This document shows positions 13,005 to 24,990 of a DNA stretch of 64,000 nucleotides, piece by piece (the first letter of the stretch is position 1; the number at the start of each line of letters is the position of its first letter). The notes beneath the pieces are model-generated. The model worked only from the letters and a program-made list of their open reading frames with translations, was not told where the DNA came from and ran no database searches. The stretch comes from Camelus ferus (Eukaryota). The position numbers were made by a program, and so were the translations under genes. The DNA is taken from assembly GCF_009834535.1 (NCBI RefSeq), contig NC_045697.1, positions 106,394,001 to 106,458,000 of the forward strand, in the 5' to 3' direction.

Positions 13005-14260
13005 ATGCTAATCAAAATCACAAAAAGACATTATTTTAGTCTATCTGGGCGGCTATAACAATATGCCACAGACTGGGTAACTTGTAAATAACAAAAATTT
13101 ATTTATGTCAGTTCTGGAGGCTGAAGTCCAAGATCCGGGTGCCAGCATGGTAAAGTGGGGGCCCTCTTCCTGGTCACAGATGTCCAGTGTTATCCTCACA
13201 CGGTGGAAGGGCGTAGGAAGGTCTGTGGGCCCTCTTTCATACCAGCACTCATCCCATTCACAAGGGCTCCATCCCCATGACCTAATCCCCTCCCAAAGGC
13301 CTCACCTCCTAATACCATCACCTTTGGGGGTTATGATCTCAACATACAAGTTTTAGTGGGACAGAAGCATTCAGACCATAGCAGATACCACCACATACCC
13401 ACCAGAATGGCTAAAATGAAAAAGACATCACAATCAACACTGGTGAGCTACCGGAGCCCTCAAGTGTCCTTGGTGGAAATGTAAAATAGGATAATCAGTT
13501 TGGAAAAGATAAAGCAATTTCTTATAAAACCTAATATACACCTACCCTGTAACTGAGCAATCCCACTCCTAGGTGTTTACCAATGAGAATGGAACATATT
13601 ATTTACAAAAGACTCATACAAAAATGCTCATAGCAACTTTATTTATAATAGTTCCAAACTGGAAACGGCCCAGATGGGCATCAACAAGAGATGAGTAAAT
13701 AAACCATGGGATACTCCTACAATAAAATACTACTCAGCAACAACAACAACAAAAGAATCCAACTACTGATATACACAACAAGAATGAATCTCAAAAACAT
13801 TATGCCAAGTAAGCATAATGACAAAAAAAATACTGTATGGTTCCAGCTATCTGAAATTATAGTGTCAACAAAGCTAATATATAGGAGAAAGGCCAGAACA
13901 GTGATTCTTCATGGATTGACTGAGATGGGACATGAAGGAAATTTCTGGGGTGATGACAGTATTCTATATCTTGATACACAGTAGATTGCACAGGCATAGT
14001 ATCACAACTCAGTGAATGTACACCTAAGATTTATGCATCTCATTGTAGTACATTTTACATCAACAGAAGAACTAAAAACAAATACTGAAATCTGACTAAG
14101 GGTATGTGTTTATATGTATGTTGAAAGATGGATATGTGATAAATCAAATACAATAAAACATTACTGGTAAGCACTGGGTGGTAGGTCTAAGGGTGTTGAT
14201 TTAAAATCCTTTCAATTTTGCTATATGTTTGAATATTTCATAATGAAATACTAGGGCAAA
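13005..14260 (+). mobile_element. L1MC/MD-type 3' fragment, split by an MLT1A LTR
   Basis: ORF2 C-terminal motifs (GATACCACCACATACCCACCAGAATGGCTAAAAT, GCAATCCCACTCCTAGGT) and an old 3' UTR (TTCTGGGGTGATGACAGTATTCTATATCTTGAT). Confidence 0.8.
13032..13383 (-). mobile_element. MLT1A/MLT1A0 solo LTR
   Basis: TATTTTAGTC..GCTATAACAA..CAGTTCTGGAGGCTGAAGTCCAAGATC..ATGACCTAATC..CCCAAAGGCC..CATTCAGACCATAGCA. Confidence 0.85.
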
Positions 14261-15267
14261 CTCTTCATTCTCTCACAAAATGTCTCCTTGTATTTTACCA
14301 TGTAGACTCGTGGGCCACAGGCAGCTGTAACTTTGGGGCAATGGCATCCTGAGGACTAGAGCTGGGGGAGACCCTAGCAATGAAGGGGAGGGACAACTGG
14401 ACTCTAAGCCACCTTAAAAGTGTTAGGTTAGACACACTAGTAAGTGTTTCTAAGATGCTACTGAGGGAAGTATCTACTAAGATGTCCCATCATTGGGCAT
14501 GGAACTGTCACTCGGTAGTTATTCTAGAAAAAACAACTCTCCCCTTGCTTTCTATCTTCCCCTATCCTTCCACTCTTACCTATGGAAGGTGCTGTAAAGT
14601 CATTACCAAACTCAAATCTCCCTGTTCTCCCACACTTGCCACTGTATCTCCCCCCATGCAAGGCTGTCTACATATGTCTAAGGATAATGGTTGATAGATT
14701 TTTTTTTAATCTTCTTTCCCAAAGTAGTTGTCAAGACTTCAGACACATGCTTCTGAAGAAGTGTACATATTCTTTGAAGAGATGGGAGCACAAAGTCACA
14801 TGTGAATCATAAAATGGCTCATATAAATTTTACTATCCAAAGCCATAAGACACACTGTCCTCACATGGAAGAGACAAGAGTTCAGAAATTTAAACTGTCT
14901 ATTTCATCAAATTTCAACTAAAATCTAAAGCTACTTTGAGGGCCTTCTAACCAGACCACTTAGTTCTCAGAGGCAGGGCAGTGAACTATTACAAGGTGTG
15001 ACTCCACAAATTATCCTCTTCGTTTCTCCTCTCATGACAATCTTTTCTCCTTTAATTCCCTTCTTCCGACTAATCAAAACTCCTTTGTAATTACTTATAA
15101 TGCCCTGTGTCATACACATGAAAAACATCATTTATTAATATATGTAATGATTGATTAAGTCATTAGTTTTTGGTGAAAATGTACCTTCACGAAAACTATT
15201 GCATCTTCATTCGAAACAAGACCTTAGAGATAATCCAGTCTTCATTTTCAGATAAAGCTCTGAGATA

Positions 15268-15440
15268 AGGGTGCCCAACTGCCCTCTAAAGTCCGTCAAC
15301 CAGGTGCCCACAAAGTGCTGGCCTCCTGAGGTACTTGTTATTTTTTTGTGTTTTTTTTTAAACATATCTGCTGGTTTTTCTAATTTCATGCACTCCTTGA
15401 GAGTACTGGAGACTCCTCTGAGGTTTGGCTGGTCACCCTA
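15268..15440. mobile_element. Possible hAT-Blackjack MITE (MER81/MER94-like termini)
   Basis: Inverted termini AGGGTGCCCAAC ... GCTGGTCACCCTA. The interior was not recognised. Confidence 0.35.
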
Positions 15441-15470
15441 GTGAAGTACTCATAGTTTATTGGCACTTTC

Positions 15471-15837
15471 TGCTATGGACTGGATATATGTGTCCATCCA
15501 AAATTCAGTATGTTGAAACCTAATGCCCAAAGTGATGTTATTAGGAGGCGGGCCCTTTGGCAAGTGATTAGTCCGTGAGGGTAAAGTCCTCATGATTGAG
15601 ATTAGTGCTCTTACAAAAGAGACCCCAGAAAGCTACACAGCCCCTTGTACCATGCAAGCCTATGGTGAGAAGACAGCCATCAGTGAGGAAGCAGGCCTTT
15701 ACCAGACAACAAATATGCTGACACCAGGATCTTGGATGGACTTCCAGCCTCCAGAACTGTAAGAAATAAATTCCTGTTGTTTATAAGTCACCCACATTAT
15801 GGTATTTTGTTACAGCATCCTGAGCTGGACTAAGACA
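15471..15837 (+). mobile_element. Complete MLT1A/MLT1A0 solo LTR
   Basis: TGCTATGGACTG..AAAATTCAGTATGTTGAAACCTAA..GGACTAAGACA, with perfect 5-bp TSD CTTTC at 15466-15470 and 15838-15842. Confidence 0.9.
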
Positions 15838-16714
15838 CTTTCATTTCAAGCCAACAATCCTTTGCCCTTATTGTGATTTAATGTGCTGATAGAGCCATCC
15901 TGATTCTCCAGTTCATAACTAAAACTTGGTCTTTGACAGAGAAGTTAAATTCCCAAGGTAGCATTTTCTTCCTCGCTGGGCTCTTTGTTGACCAGTGTGT
16001 CTGATATTTGCCATCCTCATCTGTCTGTGAACTGTGGAGGAGCTAGCGTACACTCTGGCAACCCTAATGGCCTTCTTGGAGCCAGCAGGTAGATTCTGAC
16101 TCATCAAGGTACCGCCACAGCCAGCCCAGACAGTCAGGCCAGGAGGCTCTCGAACAAAACAAGATCCGGGACTGTTCTTAAAGGGGCAGAGAAAGGCAGC
16201 CACCACTAGAAGAATGTGCTTTCATGCAGATCCTGAAACAGACATAGACATACTGACTGCAAGTCAGCAGTCCTGAGCCCTCATTGTCGTTTAAGGTGCT
16301 GAGGCAGCTGTACTGATTTTCTTCCATAACTAAAAAATTAGCCTTTGAACCAAAGAGTTAAATTCTCAGGCATCACAAGGTAACTCATAACTCAATGCCT
16401 AGAGTGTGTTTTTATTTTTATAATATCCAAGGATATGTATATATTCAACAAATGAGTCTAAAATTACAAGAAATTAAACAACTTTGATGTTAAGAATTCA
16501 GCCAGTTAATAATCCTTGAGGCTTCTGTTTCTTTGTTCACAATTGGTAAGCATGTAAGCATGCAGCTTTATACATTCAAGTGCACATTATCACTTCAGTT
16601 ATTAAAAGTAAGTTGTCAAGGTCTGCTTCTTCCCTGTTAAAAAAATCTATAATTAAGGCTTTGTTTATTTGCAAATACATAACCACAACATATAAAATAA
16701 TTTTTAAGGGCTCT

Positions 16715-16910
16715 CATTCCTGAGTCATATCATTTTGCTCTGAATTCCAATTTGTTCATGAGCCATATTTTATTGTAAAATGAAGGCACTAATAATACTA
16801 ATGTATCCTGTACACCCACAGTTGTTTTGAGGATTAAACTGGACTTGGTTAAAAAGCACTTAGCACAGTCTCTGACACATATAAGCTTTCGATAACTGTG
16901 AGGAATTATT
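16715..16910 (+). mobile_element. MIR SINE
   Basis: TGTAAAATGAAGG..ATAATAC..GTTGTTTTGAGGATTAAA..AAAGCACTTAGCACAGT. Confidence 0.7.
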
Positions 16911-19266
16911 ATTACCGCAGTTATAGTTGTATTACTGTCATTGGGTTAAACTTTTCCCCAACAAGGTTTATATAACTGATTTCATCAATCCATCTTCATT
17001 TCTTCAATAGCCCAAAGATAAATTTCAACTTTCTAAATCAGTTTGAAATAGTCTAGTCTTATTATAGTTTTTACCCAAAACTAATTAATTAGTAGGTTTG
17101 CAAATAATAAAATCTCTTCATACTTTGGATCTTCAAGTGACTAAATCTCCTAAAATGCAATAAAAATCATTATAAACAATAACAAATACTTTATGATAAA
17201 GTTCATGAAGAGGTTGAAATAGTCATAACAAATTTATCTAAAACATGAGTGCAAATATTAACATTCCCTTAGGGAAAGAAAATGAATCTCTAATCCCAAG
17301 TGATTTCACCAGCCTAAAATGTTTTCTTTTATTTATTTTATACTTTTTAAAAAATCCACTCTTCATATATCATCAGTTTAATGCTATTATGATTAATAGT
17401 TCATAAAACTTCAGATTTCTCTTAACGCTTTATAGATTCTGTATAATTAGCCTAGTAAATCGCTGAAGTGAAGACACCAGAAGAAAATCTAATTATGGAA
17501 ACTATGATAGCGAATGAGCCATTGGCCATCTCTTGATTGTAATCATTAAGCAAGTCTTTTCTGCATCCAAAAAGACCTAAGGACTAGCAAACATGTGTTT
17601 TTTTTAATAACCATAACAAAAACAACTGGCCTTAATCACAGGGTTCTATTCTTCCTACAAACAGGCTGTGTTCTTCAGAGACTTCACAAAAATTTACTAA
17701 GAAGATATTCTTAACAAAGATGTATGGCCACAAGGCTATAGCCACCCTTGTTTATAGAGTCAGAGTAAGTGCCTGACTGCCTGTGTGTTTGGTTTCACAG
17801 GTGGTAAAAAAAAAGCCCTACCTCACGCTCAGTAAGACTCAGTTCAGCATACTTTAGTTAAGCACCTAATAAGTCCTAGATGCTATTTTGGTGCTAAATG
17901 TACTGAAATAAATATGACACTTGGTATCCCTGCCTTCCAGGTGCCTAGAGCCTAACGCCAGAAAAAAACTGTAAATAAACGTCACGACCTCGGTAACACA
18001 CTGTGACAGAGGTCAACATAAATCACCCACACTCGCTACTGCCAGCTCATTAATGTATGAATTTTCCTTTAAAGAAATAAGCCTTTACATTGTATTAATA
18101 GAGATAAGATTTAAAATAGAAATAGCCCAAAAGAAATAACACATTGATAAAATCCAGATTCAGGCAAGGGTTTTAAAATCGTGCTTCATCAATTTCACTG
18201 CCTTGGGGGCTCTTCTTCAATGTGAGCAACTTAGATCTTACCTGTTATACATATTTGAGCTGTTCCTAAACTTTATTTTGTAGGAAAAAAATTCCTTGGC
18301 TGAAAATAACAAACACACACCAAACAAGTAAAAAACAAGTGAAGGGCTAGGAGACAATAGTAACTTAGAAAGGAGAAGCAGTAGAGGGAAGCTAGAACCA
18401 AGATCCTTTCATTACTTCTAGGGCCAAGAGTTGTAGAAGTTAGAAAGTGAAGAGACGCACTTTGAGAGAAATCTCAAATTAAACAGTTTATATTCAATTC
18501 TATTACTTGTAGGTGAAGAAAAAAATGTATTTCTAATTTCTTTTCAGAAAAAATTTAAAAACCAAGCAACATGCAAACTTCAAGTGGCATATGGCTATCA
18601 TTTCCTAAAACCTATATTCAACAATTTTTCTATAACACATACTGTGTTAAGACCCAACTTTTCAGTTCCAACTTAAAGGCATTCTGTTGTCTCTTACAGA
18701 CACAATTTTTCTCACTTCTCCACTTTCTTTATTCTTTCTTTAGTGTCTTTTACTCTGCAACAATAAATGATTAATAGGTGTCCTATATATACCTCAGAGA
18801 GATTTTACAATGTACTCCCTCACCAAAAAAAAAATCTCTATGTTAATATTTCTCAGACAGAGGTTGGGTTGCTAAGGAGTCGTAGGGGGATTCCAAGTTC
18901 ATAGAAGCAAGACTTCAAATATAATTTAAGTTAATTATGAGCATGACCCAAAGGCAAAATGAAACAAGAGAACATTCCTCCTCCACTTCCTGGATCTTTC
19001 TCCCTTTCTGCCCTTTCCATCTTGAAAAATGTGCTGTAGTATCCAAATTGGAAGACAGTTAAAGTGATCCACACAGCATTCTATTCGTAGTCCTGCACAG
19101 AAGCCAGCTGGCCTGTGTCATACACTGCCTGGGGTCACGGAGCCAAGGGGAGGGAACAGAGTGGAAAATCTTAATAATCTCAGCTCTATGGGCAGCACTA
19201 TATGTTTCTCAATCATGCTACCTAAGCCTAAATTTAGGACTACTTGAAGTGTTGCCAAGTCTAGAT

Positions 19267-19762
19267 CAGCTCTAAATGAAAAATATTGTGAGCTGCATTT
19301 GTAACTGAATAATTTCAAGTAGTCATATTTTTTAAAGTGAAAAGAGGTGAAATTAATTTTAATAACGTATAATAATTTTATAGAATATTTTATTTAAATA
19401 AAATATATCCAAATATTATCATTTCAACATTAATCAAAATTTAAAATTAAGGAGATATTTTGCATTCTCTTTTGTTCTGTCTTCAAAATCATGTATTTTG
19501 CAGTTACATACATCTCAGTTCAGATGCTGATTTCTATCAGAAATACTTGATCTGTATTGATAAAACGTCCCATTAAGAAAATAGATTCACATACCCAAGT
19601 TGCCATAAATATGCTTAAAAGTTTTCCAATAATTGAATTTTTAGTTTTTATATTGAAATTAAAATGAATTAAAATTAAATACTCAGTACCTTAGTTTCAC
19701 TAGCCACATTTCAAGCACTAAATAGCCACATGTGGCTATTGAATACCATGTCAGACAGCACA
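19267..19762 (+). mobile_element. Charlie1b-like hAT DNA transposon
   Basis: MER33-like 5' part (GGTGAAATTAATTTTAATAA), internal CAGAAATACTTGATCTGTATT..AGATTCACATACCCAAGTTG, and 3' CTAGCCACATTTCAAG..ATAGCCACATGTGGCTA..GACAGCAC. Confidence 0.8.
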
Positions 19763-19781
19763 TTAAGTTAAAAGTTGCTAT

Positions 19782-19873
19782 GGGGGGTGGGTATAACTCA
19801 GTGGTAGAGTGCATGCTTAGCAGGCACAAGATCATGCATTCAATCACCAGAACCTCCATTAAAAAAAATTTTT
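19782..19873 (+). mobile_element. Camelid tRNA-derived SINE (vic-1 type), short form
   Basis: GGGGGTGGGTATAACTCAGTGGTAGAGTGCATGCTTAGCA..TTCAATCACCAG, A-rich tail, TSD AAGTTGCTA (19772 / 19874). Confidence 0.85.
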
Positions 19874-20048
19874 AAGTTGCTACAGATCTCTCAAAAATTG
19901 GCTATATTTAAATAAAGGGAATGATAAGTTCTTACAGGATGTGCCAATAAATTTAGTGTTTTGAGAGTTAATAACAGGAGACTTTGCTTAAAGCTGTTGT
20001 TGCGTCGGGTACGGTGCACTGAGTTGGTAGGTGAGTGCAGATACTCAC

Positions 20049-20082
20049 TTTCTGCTTTATCAGGCTCAGCCTCTGCAGCCAT
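20049..20082 (-). CDS. IQCM: IQCM first coding exon, coding part (34 nt, MAAEAEPDKAE + 1 nt, ends phase 1)
   Basis: ATG at 20082-20080 in a strong Kozak context (CACCATGG). Donor AA|GTGAGT at 20048. Peptide resembles the recalled human IQCM N-terminus MTTEEAMPEKAK. Splices in frame to the 12122 acceptor. Confidence 0.85.
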
Positions 20083-20131
20083 GGTGAGCAGTCAGGGTGA
20101 TCCTTTCTTTTGAACGCTGGGCTCCAAGTCC
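20083..20131 (-). other. IQCM: 5' UTR part of the IQCM start-codon exon
   Basis: Acceptor TAATTGTGTTTAG| at 20133-20132, 49 nt upstream of the ATG. This implies further non-coding exon(s) upstream. Confidence 0.65.
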
Positions 20132-20289
20132 CTAAACACAATTACATTAAGTAATTCAGTGTCAAATACTTCTATTTTAGCGACTTCTTTCACTTGCTCA
20201 TGAAGAAATAGGATGAATAATGAAAACTTTTTACACATCACTCCTTTGCTCTAAAACCTTCAATGTCTTCCCCTGCAAAAGACAATAGT

Positions 20290-20495
20290 AACAACAGCTA
20301 GCGTTGGGTAGGGCTCTGTGGTTTATCAAGCGCTTATATACGTATTACCTTCCTGGTTCCAAACAACCCGACAGGCGCTCTCATCCCACTTTCAGCAGAT
20401 CTGGCAACGGGAGCTCCGAAAAGTGAGGTAACTTGTCAATGCAAGCAGTTACTTAGTGGCAGGTACAGAACTCAAATCCAGATCTTTGGGCCCAA
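20290..20495 (-). mobile_element. MIR SINE
   Basis: CAACCC..TCATCCCACTTTCAGCAGAT..AAGTGAGGTAACTTGTC..AGTGGCAGG..AACTCAAATCCAGATCT. Confidence 0.7.
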
Positions 20496-20894
20496 GTTCC
20501 TACGCAGGTCCATCTGATTTCTCACTATTTTCCAATTGATATTCAGTTAATCCCTGGCACATACCTTACACATGCTTGCCGTGAGCCTGCACACTTGAGC
20601 TTAGGTTTATGCTAGTTTTCCACTCAGAACGTCCTGTTCTCACCTCTGTGTTTGTATCCTACCTATCCTTTGCATCCTGAAAGCACAGATTCAAATCCTG
20701 CCCACTTCATGATCACCCCCAGCCTCTAATGATCTGTTCCTCCCTTAAACTTGGTAGTTATGTGGTCCATGCCTCTCACTTGAAATGTAACACATGCTCC
20801 TGTGTAAGGAGCTAAAAAGGCAAAGAATAGATGTAAACAGAAGTCTAATATTCCCAATTAAACTCCTATTGCCTTGAACCAAACAATACTTTAT

Positions 20895-21020
20895 ACCAGA
20901 GATACTCAACACTGGATGATTATTAGAATTGCCTGGAGAGAGGGTGGGGAATATTTAAAATATATCAATGTCTAGAGTGAGGCTTAGACATCTATATTTT
21001 TTAAAGGTTCCCGAAATATT
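20895..21020. mobile_element. MER5-like hAT fragment
   Basis: ATTAGAATTGCCTGGAGAG..TTTAAAATA..CATCTATATTTTTTAAAGGTTCCC. Confidence 0.45.
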
Positions 21021-22595
21021 TAAATACTTTACAGAACCCCACGGTGACTCTTGTTCTAAAACTCCAAGTATAACTGCTCATTTAGCTGACTAGACCATCA
21101 AACTGTGGTGAAGTATTTGAGACCTGTTAAATAATTTGGGGACTATTTGAGTACATCTGTAAGCCAGATTTGCTCTATGGAAGTCATGACTCTGTAGCCA
21201 CATGCTCCTAGATAAAAAGCTACAGTACTTTTCTTCAGCTTCTACCCAGAGGGGGAAAAAACTATTGCAGTTAGAGTTTTAAAATGACAAATCTGGAACA
21301 ACCAAAAATGATTAATTCTCAAATTGTCAGCCTTATATGGTGGGCAAGAGCATACACTATGTACCTCATCTGCCGAGCTGTACAAATGACTGGGATAAAT
21401 CAAAAGACTGCACCTCCCTTAGCAATTAACAATCAGAACTCATCTTCTGGTCTGGCTTAATTATTGCCTTCTTTCCATTTAAATATAAGAAGAAAATAAA
21501 GGTGTTTTGTGCTCCATCATGTTCGTGTTTTAATCTCCATAAAAATGGACTCTTCTCTGAGGCAGTTGGCTCCTCCACCTTAATTCAGTGTGCCAGGAGT
21601 GTCAGCCTGCATTAAATTGGCTGGCAAGCAAGATACCCCACTGTCCTTTTAATGCACAAAACTAGCCAAGCATCCTAAGGGGTGCTGGCATGGTAATGCC
21701 TCCACAAACCCGAGGTGATGGGGGACGACTGTGAGACAGGAACTAGGGGTGGAAGAAAGCCTTGGAGGATGGAACTGTTTAAAGATAAGCACACTGACAC
21801 AGAATATCAGCAGATAGGGTCCCTCTCCACTTCAAGTCCCCAGCAGACAGTTATGAGATGCTGAGTCCCTCCCAATGCATTGATCAATTAAAAGGTGCAT
21901 ATTTAGTGCCCAACCTGTGCAAAGAGAATGCTATCTATGTTGCAAGAAAAGACAAAAGCATATGTCAAATTTTTAAATAAAACGCAGACAACTATATGTC
22001 AGATGTCATAAGAAAGTCTGTGAGCTTTGTAAAATAAATCGTATAAACCCGTGAGTGCCACGAGTTCTAATGAAGATGAGATCACTGAAGTCGGAGAAGG
22101 GAACCTAGGAAAAGTTCAAGAGAGACTGAGCTACACCTGGAAGGGTGGGTACAGGGGTAGCAGTGAAATGTTTATAATAGTGAAATAGTGAAAAACTGGT
22201 TCAGCACAAGCATCAACCAGTCAGAACTGGATGCTGGCTAGCAAACCACTATGCTCCTGAGTCAGTCCTGAGTGGGTGAGACTGGCCCACTTAAGAGGAA
22301 CAGAGAAGCAGGCAGCTGAGAGAATTAGCGCAAGCAAATGCAAGGAGGTAAGAATGAATGTGGTTTGGGGGACAGCAAGTAGTAGGTCTATTTGATTAAA
22401 GCAGAGGGCTAAAATTTATACTGCTGAAATGGACAACAAAGATTTTGAACAGGGCACTGACATAATTAGTGTTCTGGAATTTAAATTCCAAAAAGGTAAG
22501 GATTTTGGGTTTTTTCCTTGCTGTATTCCCAGGGCCTTGAGCAGGGCCTCGCATGTAGAAGAATTCCAAAAAATATTTGAAATTTTTCCTTACTT

Positions 22596-23750
22596 ACAGA
22601 ATGGGAAAAAATATTTGCAAACCACACATCTGATAAGAGGTTAATATCCAAAATATATAAAGAAATCATGAAATTCATCAAGAGCAAAAAAAAAACTCAA
22701 TTAAAAAAAGGGCAAAGGACCTGAACAGACATTTCCCCCAAAGAAGATATATGAAAGGCTAACAAGTACATGAAACATGTGCAACATCACTAATCATTAG
22801 GGAAATGCAAATTAAAACCACAATGAGATATCACCTCACTTCTACCAGAATGGCCATCTTCAAAAAGATAAGAGATAGTAAATGCTGGTGTGGATGTAGA
22901 GAAAAGGGGACCCCTGTACACTGCTGGTGGGATTGTAAACTGGTACAGCCCTTATGGAAAATAGTGTATAGAACCCTTAAAAAATTAAAAATAAAACTGC
23001 CATATGATCCAGCAGTTCCATTTCTGGGAATATATCCAAAGGAAACAAAAACACTAACTCAAAAAGATATCTGTACTCCCATGTTCATAGCAGAATTATT
23101 TGTAATAGTCAACACAGAGAAGCAACATAAGTGTCCATCAATGGATGAATGGATAAAGAAGTTGTGGTATATACACAATGAAATTTTATTCAGCCATAAA
23201 AAACTAAGAAATTCTACCAACTGTGATATGGATGGACCTTAAAGTCATTATGCTACGTGAAATAAGTCAGACAGAAAAAGAGAAATTACTGTATGATCTC
23301 ACTTATAAATAGAATCTAAAACAAACAAACAAAAAACTCATAGAAAAAGAGACCAGACTTGTGGTTATCAGATGCTGAACAGGGGGAGAAAATGGAGCAG
23401 GGGGACTGGAGGAAGGTGGCTAAAAGATGCAAACTTCCAATTATAGGATAAATAAGAACTAGGAATGTAATATACAACATGATGACTATAGCTAACAATG
23501 TTGAATGATATACAGGAAAGTTGTTATGAGAGTAAATCCTAAGAGTTCTCAACACAAGGAGAATTTTTTTTTCCTTTTTTTTTTCCTTTTCTTTTTATTG
23601 CACATATATGAAAAAAATGGAAAGTTATCTGAACCTACTGTGGGAATCATTTCACAGTATATGCAAATCAAATCATTATGCTATATGCCTTAAACTTATA
23701 CAGTAATGCATGTCAATCATTTCTCAATAAAACTGGCAATAAATAAATAG
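22596..23750 (+). mobile_element. 5'-truncated L1 (L1MA9/cetartiodactyl-type): ORF2 C-terminus plus 3' UTR
   Basis: Track ORF 22805..23242 ([49 protein letters not shown]) is the L1 ORF2p Cys-rich domain. The 3' UTR ends TTCTCAATAAAACTGG. Confidence 0.93.
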
Positions 23751-24849
23751 ACAAATATCTGTGTAATGAGTAATTATGGCAACAGCATGCTAGACAGGGG
23801 TACCCCATGTCTCCTTGGACATATTTGTGAAAACGTCCTTTCACCCTTTCAGTAGATGCAACTTAAGGCTCTCCTAAATCAGGTTACAGGGATGCTAAAG
23901 ATTTCTAATTCTATTTCTATATGGATATAAGGCAAACAGAAGTAGAAAGAGTATTCCCCTACCTTATCTTCTTAGCTTGTCTTTCCAAAGATAGTCTTAT
24001 GACTTCATCATTGTACCCTGTATAATTATCCTGGGGGTGAAGAACTGCCCCATGGTATTCAGCAGGACTCAGGGAAACAAGTCATGGTATAGGGCTCTAG
24101 ACAGCCAGTTTCAGCAGTTGATCAATGAGAGCAAATATTCATTTCCTACCCCCAATTTTCTCCCACTGTCCCTCTATCCAAATCCTCCTAGTTATCAATC
24201 ATATGTTCATTCTCTTCACGTCTCTATGTTAGAAATTGTAGCTGTACCCACCCAGATGCTCAAGCCACAAAACTGATTCTTCCTGTATTTTTACCTATCA
24301 CATCAAAACCATCAAGTTTTCTACATTTTTAACTTCAAAATACACCTGCTTCTCCTCATCTTCCCTCTCCCAGACACTCTCTGAACAGACATCAGGTATG
24401 CTAGCAGCAAACAATAGGAATGAGCAGAGAGAAAGGAGAGCAGGTAAAGAAAACAAAAAAAAAGTCCTAACTAGGTCCAATGTAACAGGGCCAATAATAG
24501 GCATCTATAATGAGTAAAAAGGTATACCAGATGGTAGAAAAATAAAAAATTCATAATTGCATAATTAAGATTATAAACCAAAGTAGTCACAGGGCCATAA
24601 GATGGGTTAGAAAGAAAATACTCTTATGAATTCATGACCATTAATATCAGATAAGCTGGGATCCTGGGGAACACATTCAACAGCAGGAAGCACATGGAGT
24701 AACACTCCTTCTTGACACAAACCTCCCTCTGATTCTGTAATTAACTTTGGTTAATATATTTCTCAGAATCATGAAGTGGGTAGGAAGGGGACATAATTGA
24801 ATCATTAGGACATTACTGCAGCTGGCACAAACACCGGAGTCTCGGAACA

Positions 24850-24990
24850 GTATGGAGAGACCAAACTTGTATTTCAGTTCTGATTCTGCCATTGGCCAAG
24901 TGTGTGATCTCCACCAAACTGCTTAACCTCACTGAATTCCACCTCCTTGTCAATAAGTGAAGGACTTAAAATAGACACACAGTGTAAAAA
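24850..24990 (+). mobile_element. MIR fragment
   Basis: TTCTGATTCTGCCA..TGTGTGATCT..CTTAACCTCACTGAA. Confidence 0.5.

Noticed and set aside
14380..14812. Overlapping 104-aa and 76-aa ORFs
   Set aside because: No recognisable protein similarity or convincing splice context; probably chance or an unrecognised old LTR.
15919..16206. 95-aa minus-strand ORF within the IQCM intron
   Set aside because: Non-ATG start, no similarity to IQCM, and the flanking exons already join in frame without it.
22805..23242. Longest ORF in the track (145 aa)
   Set aside because: It is the L1 ORF2p C-terminal fragment of a truncated element, not a host gene.
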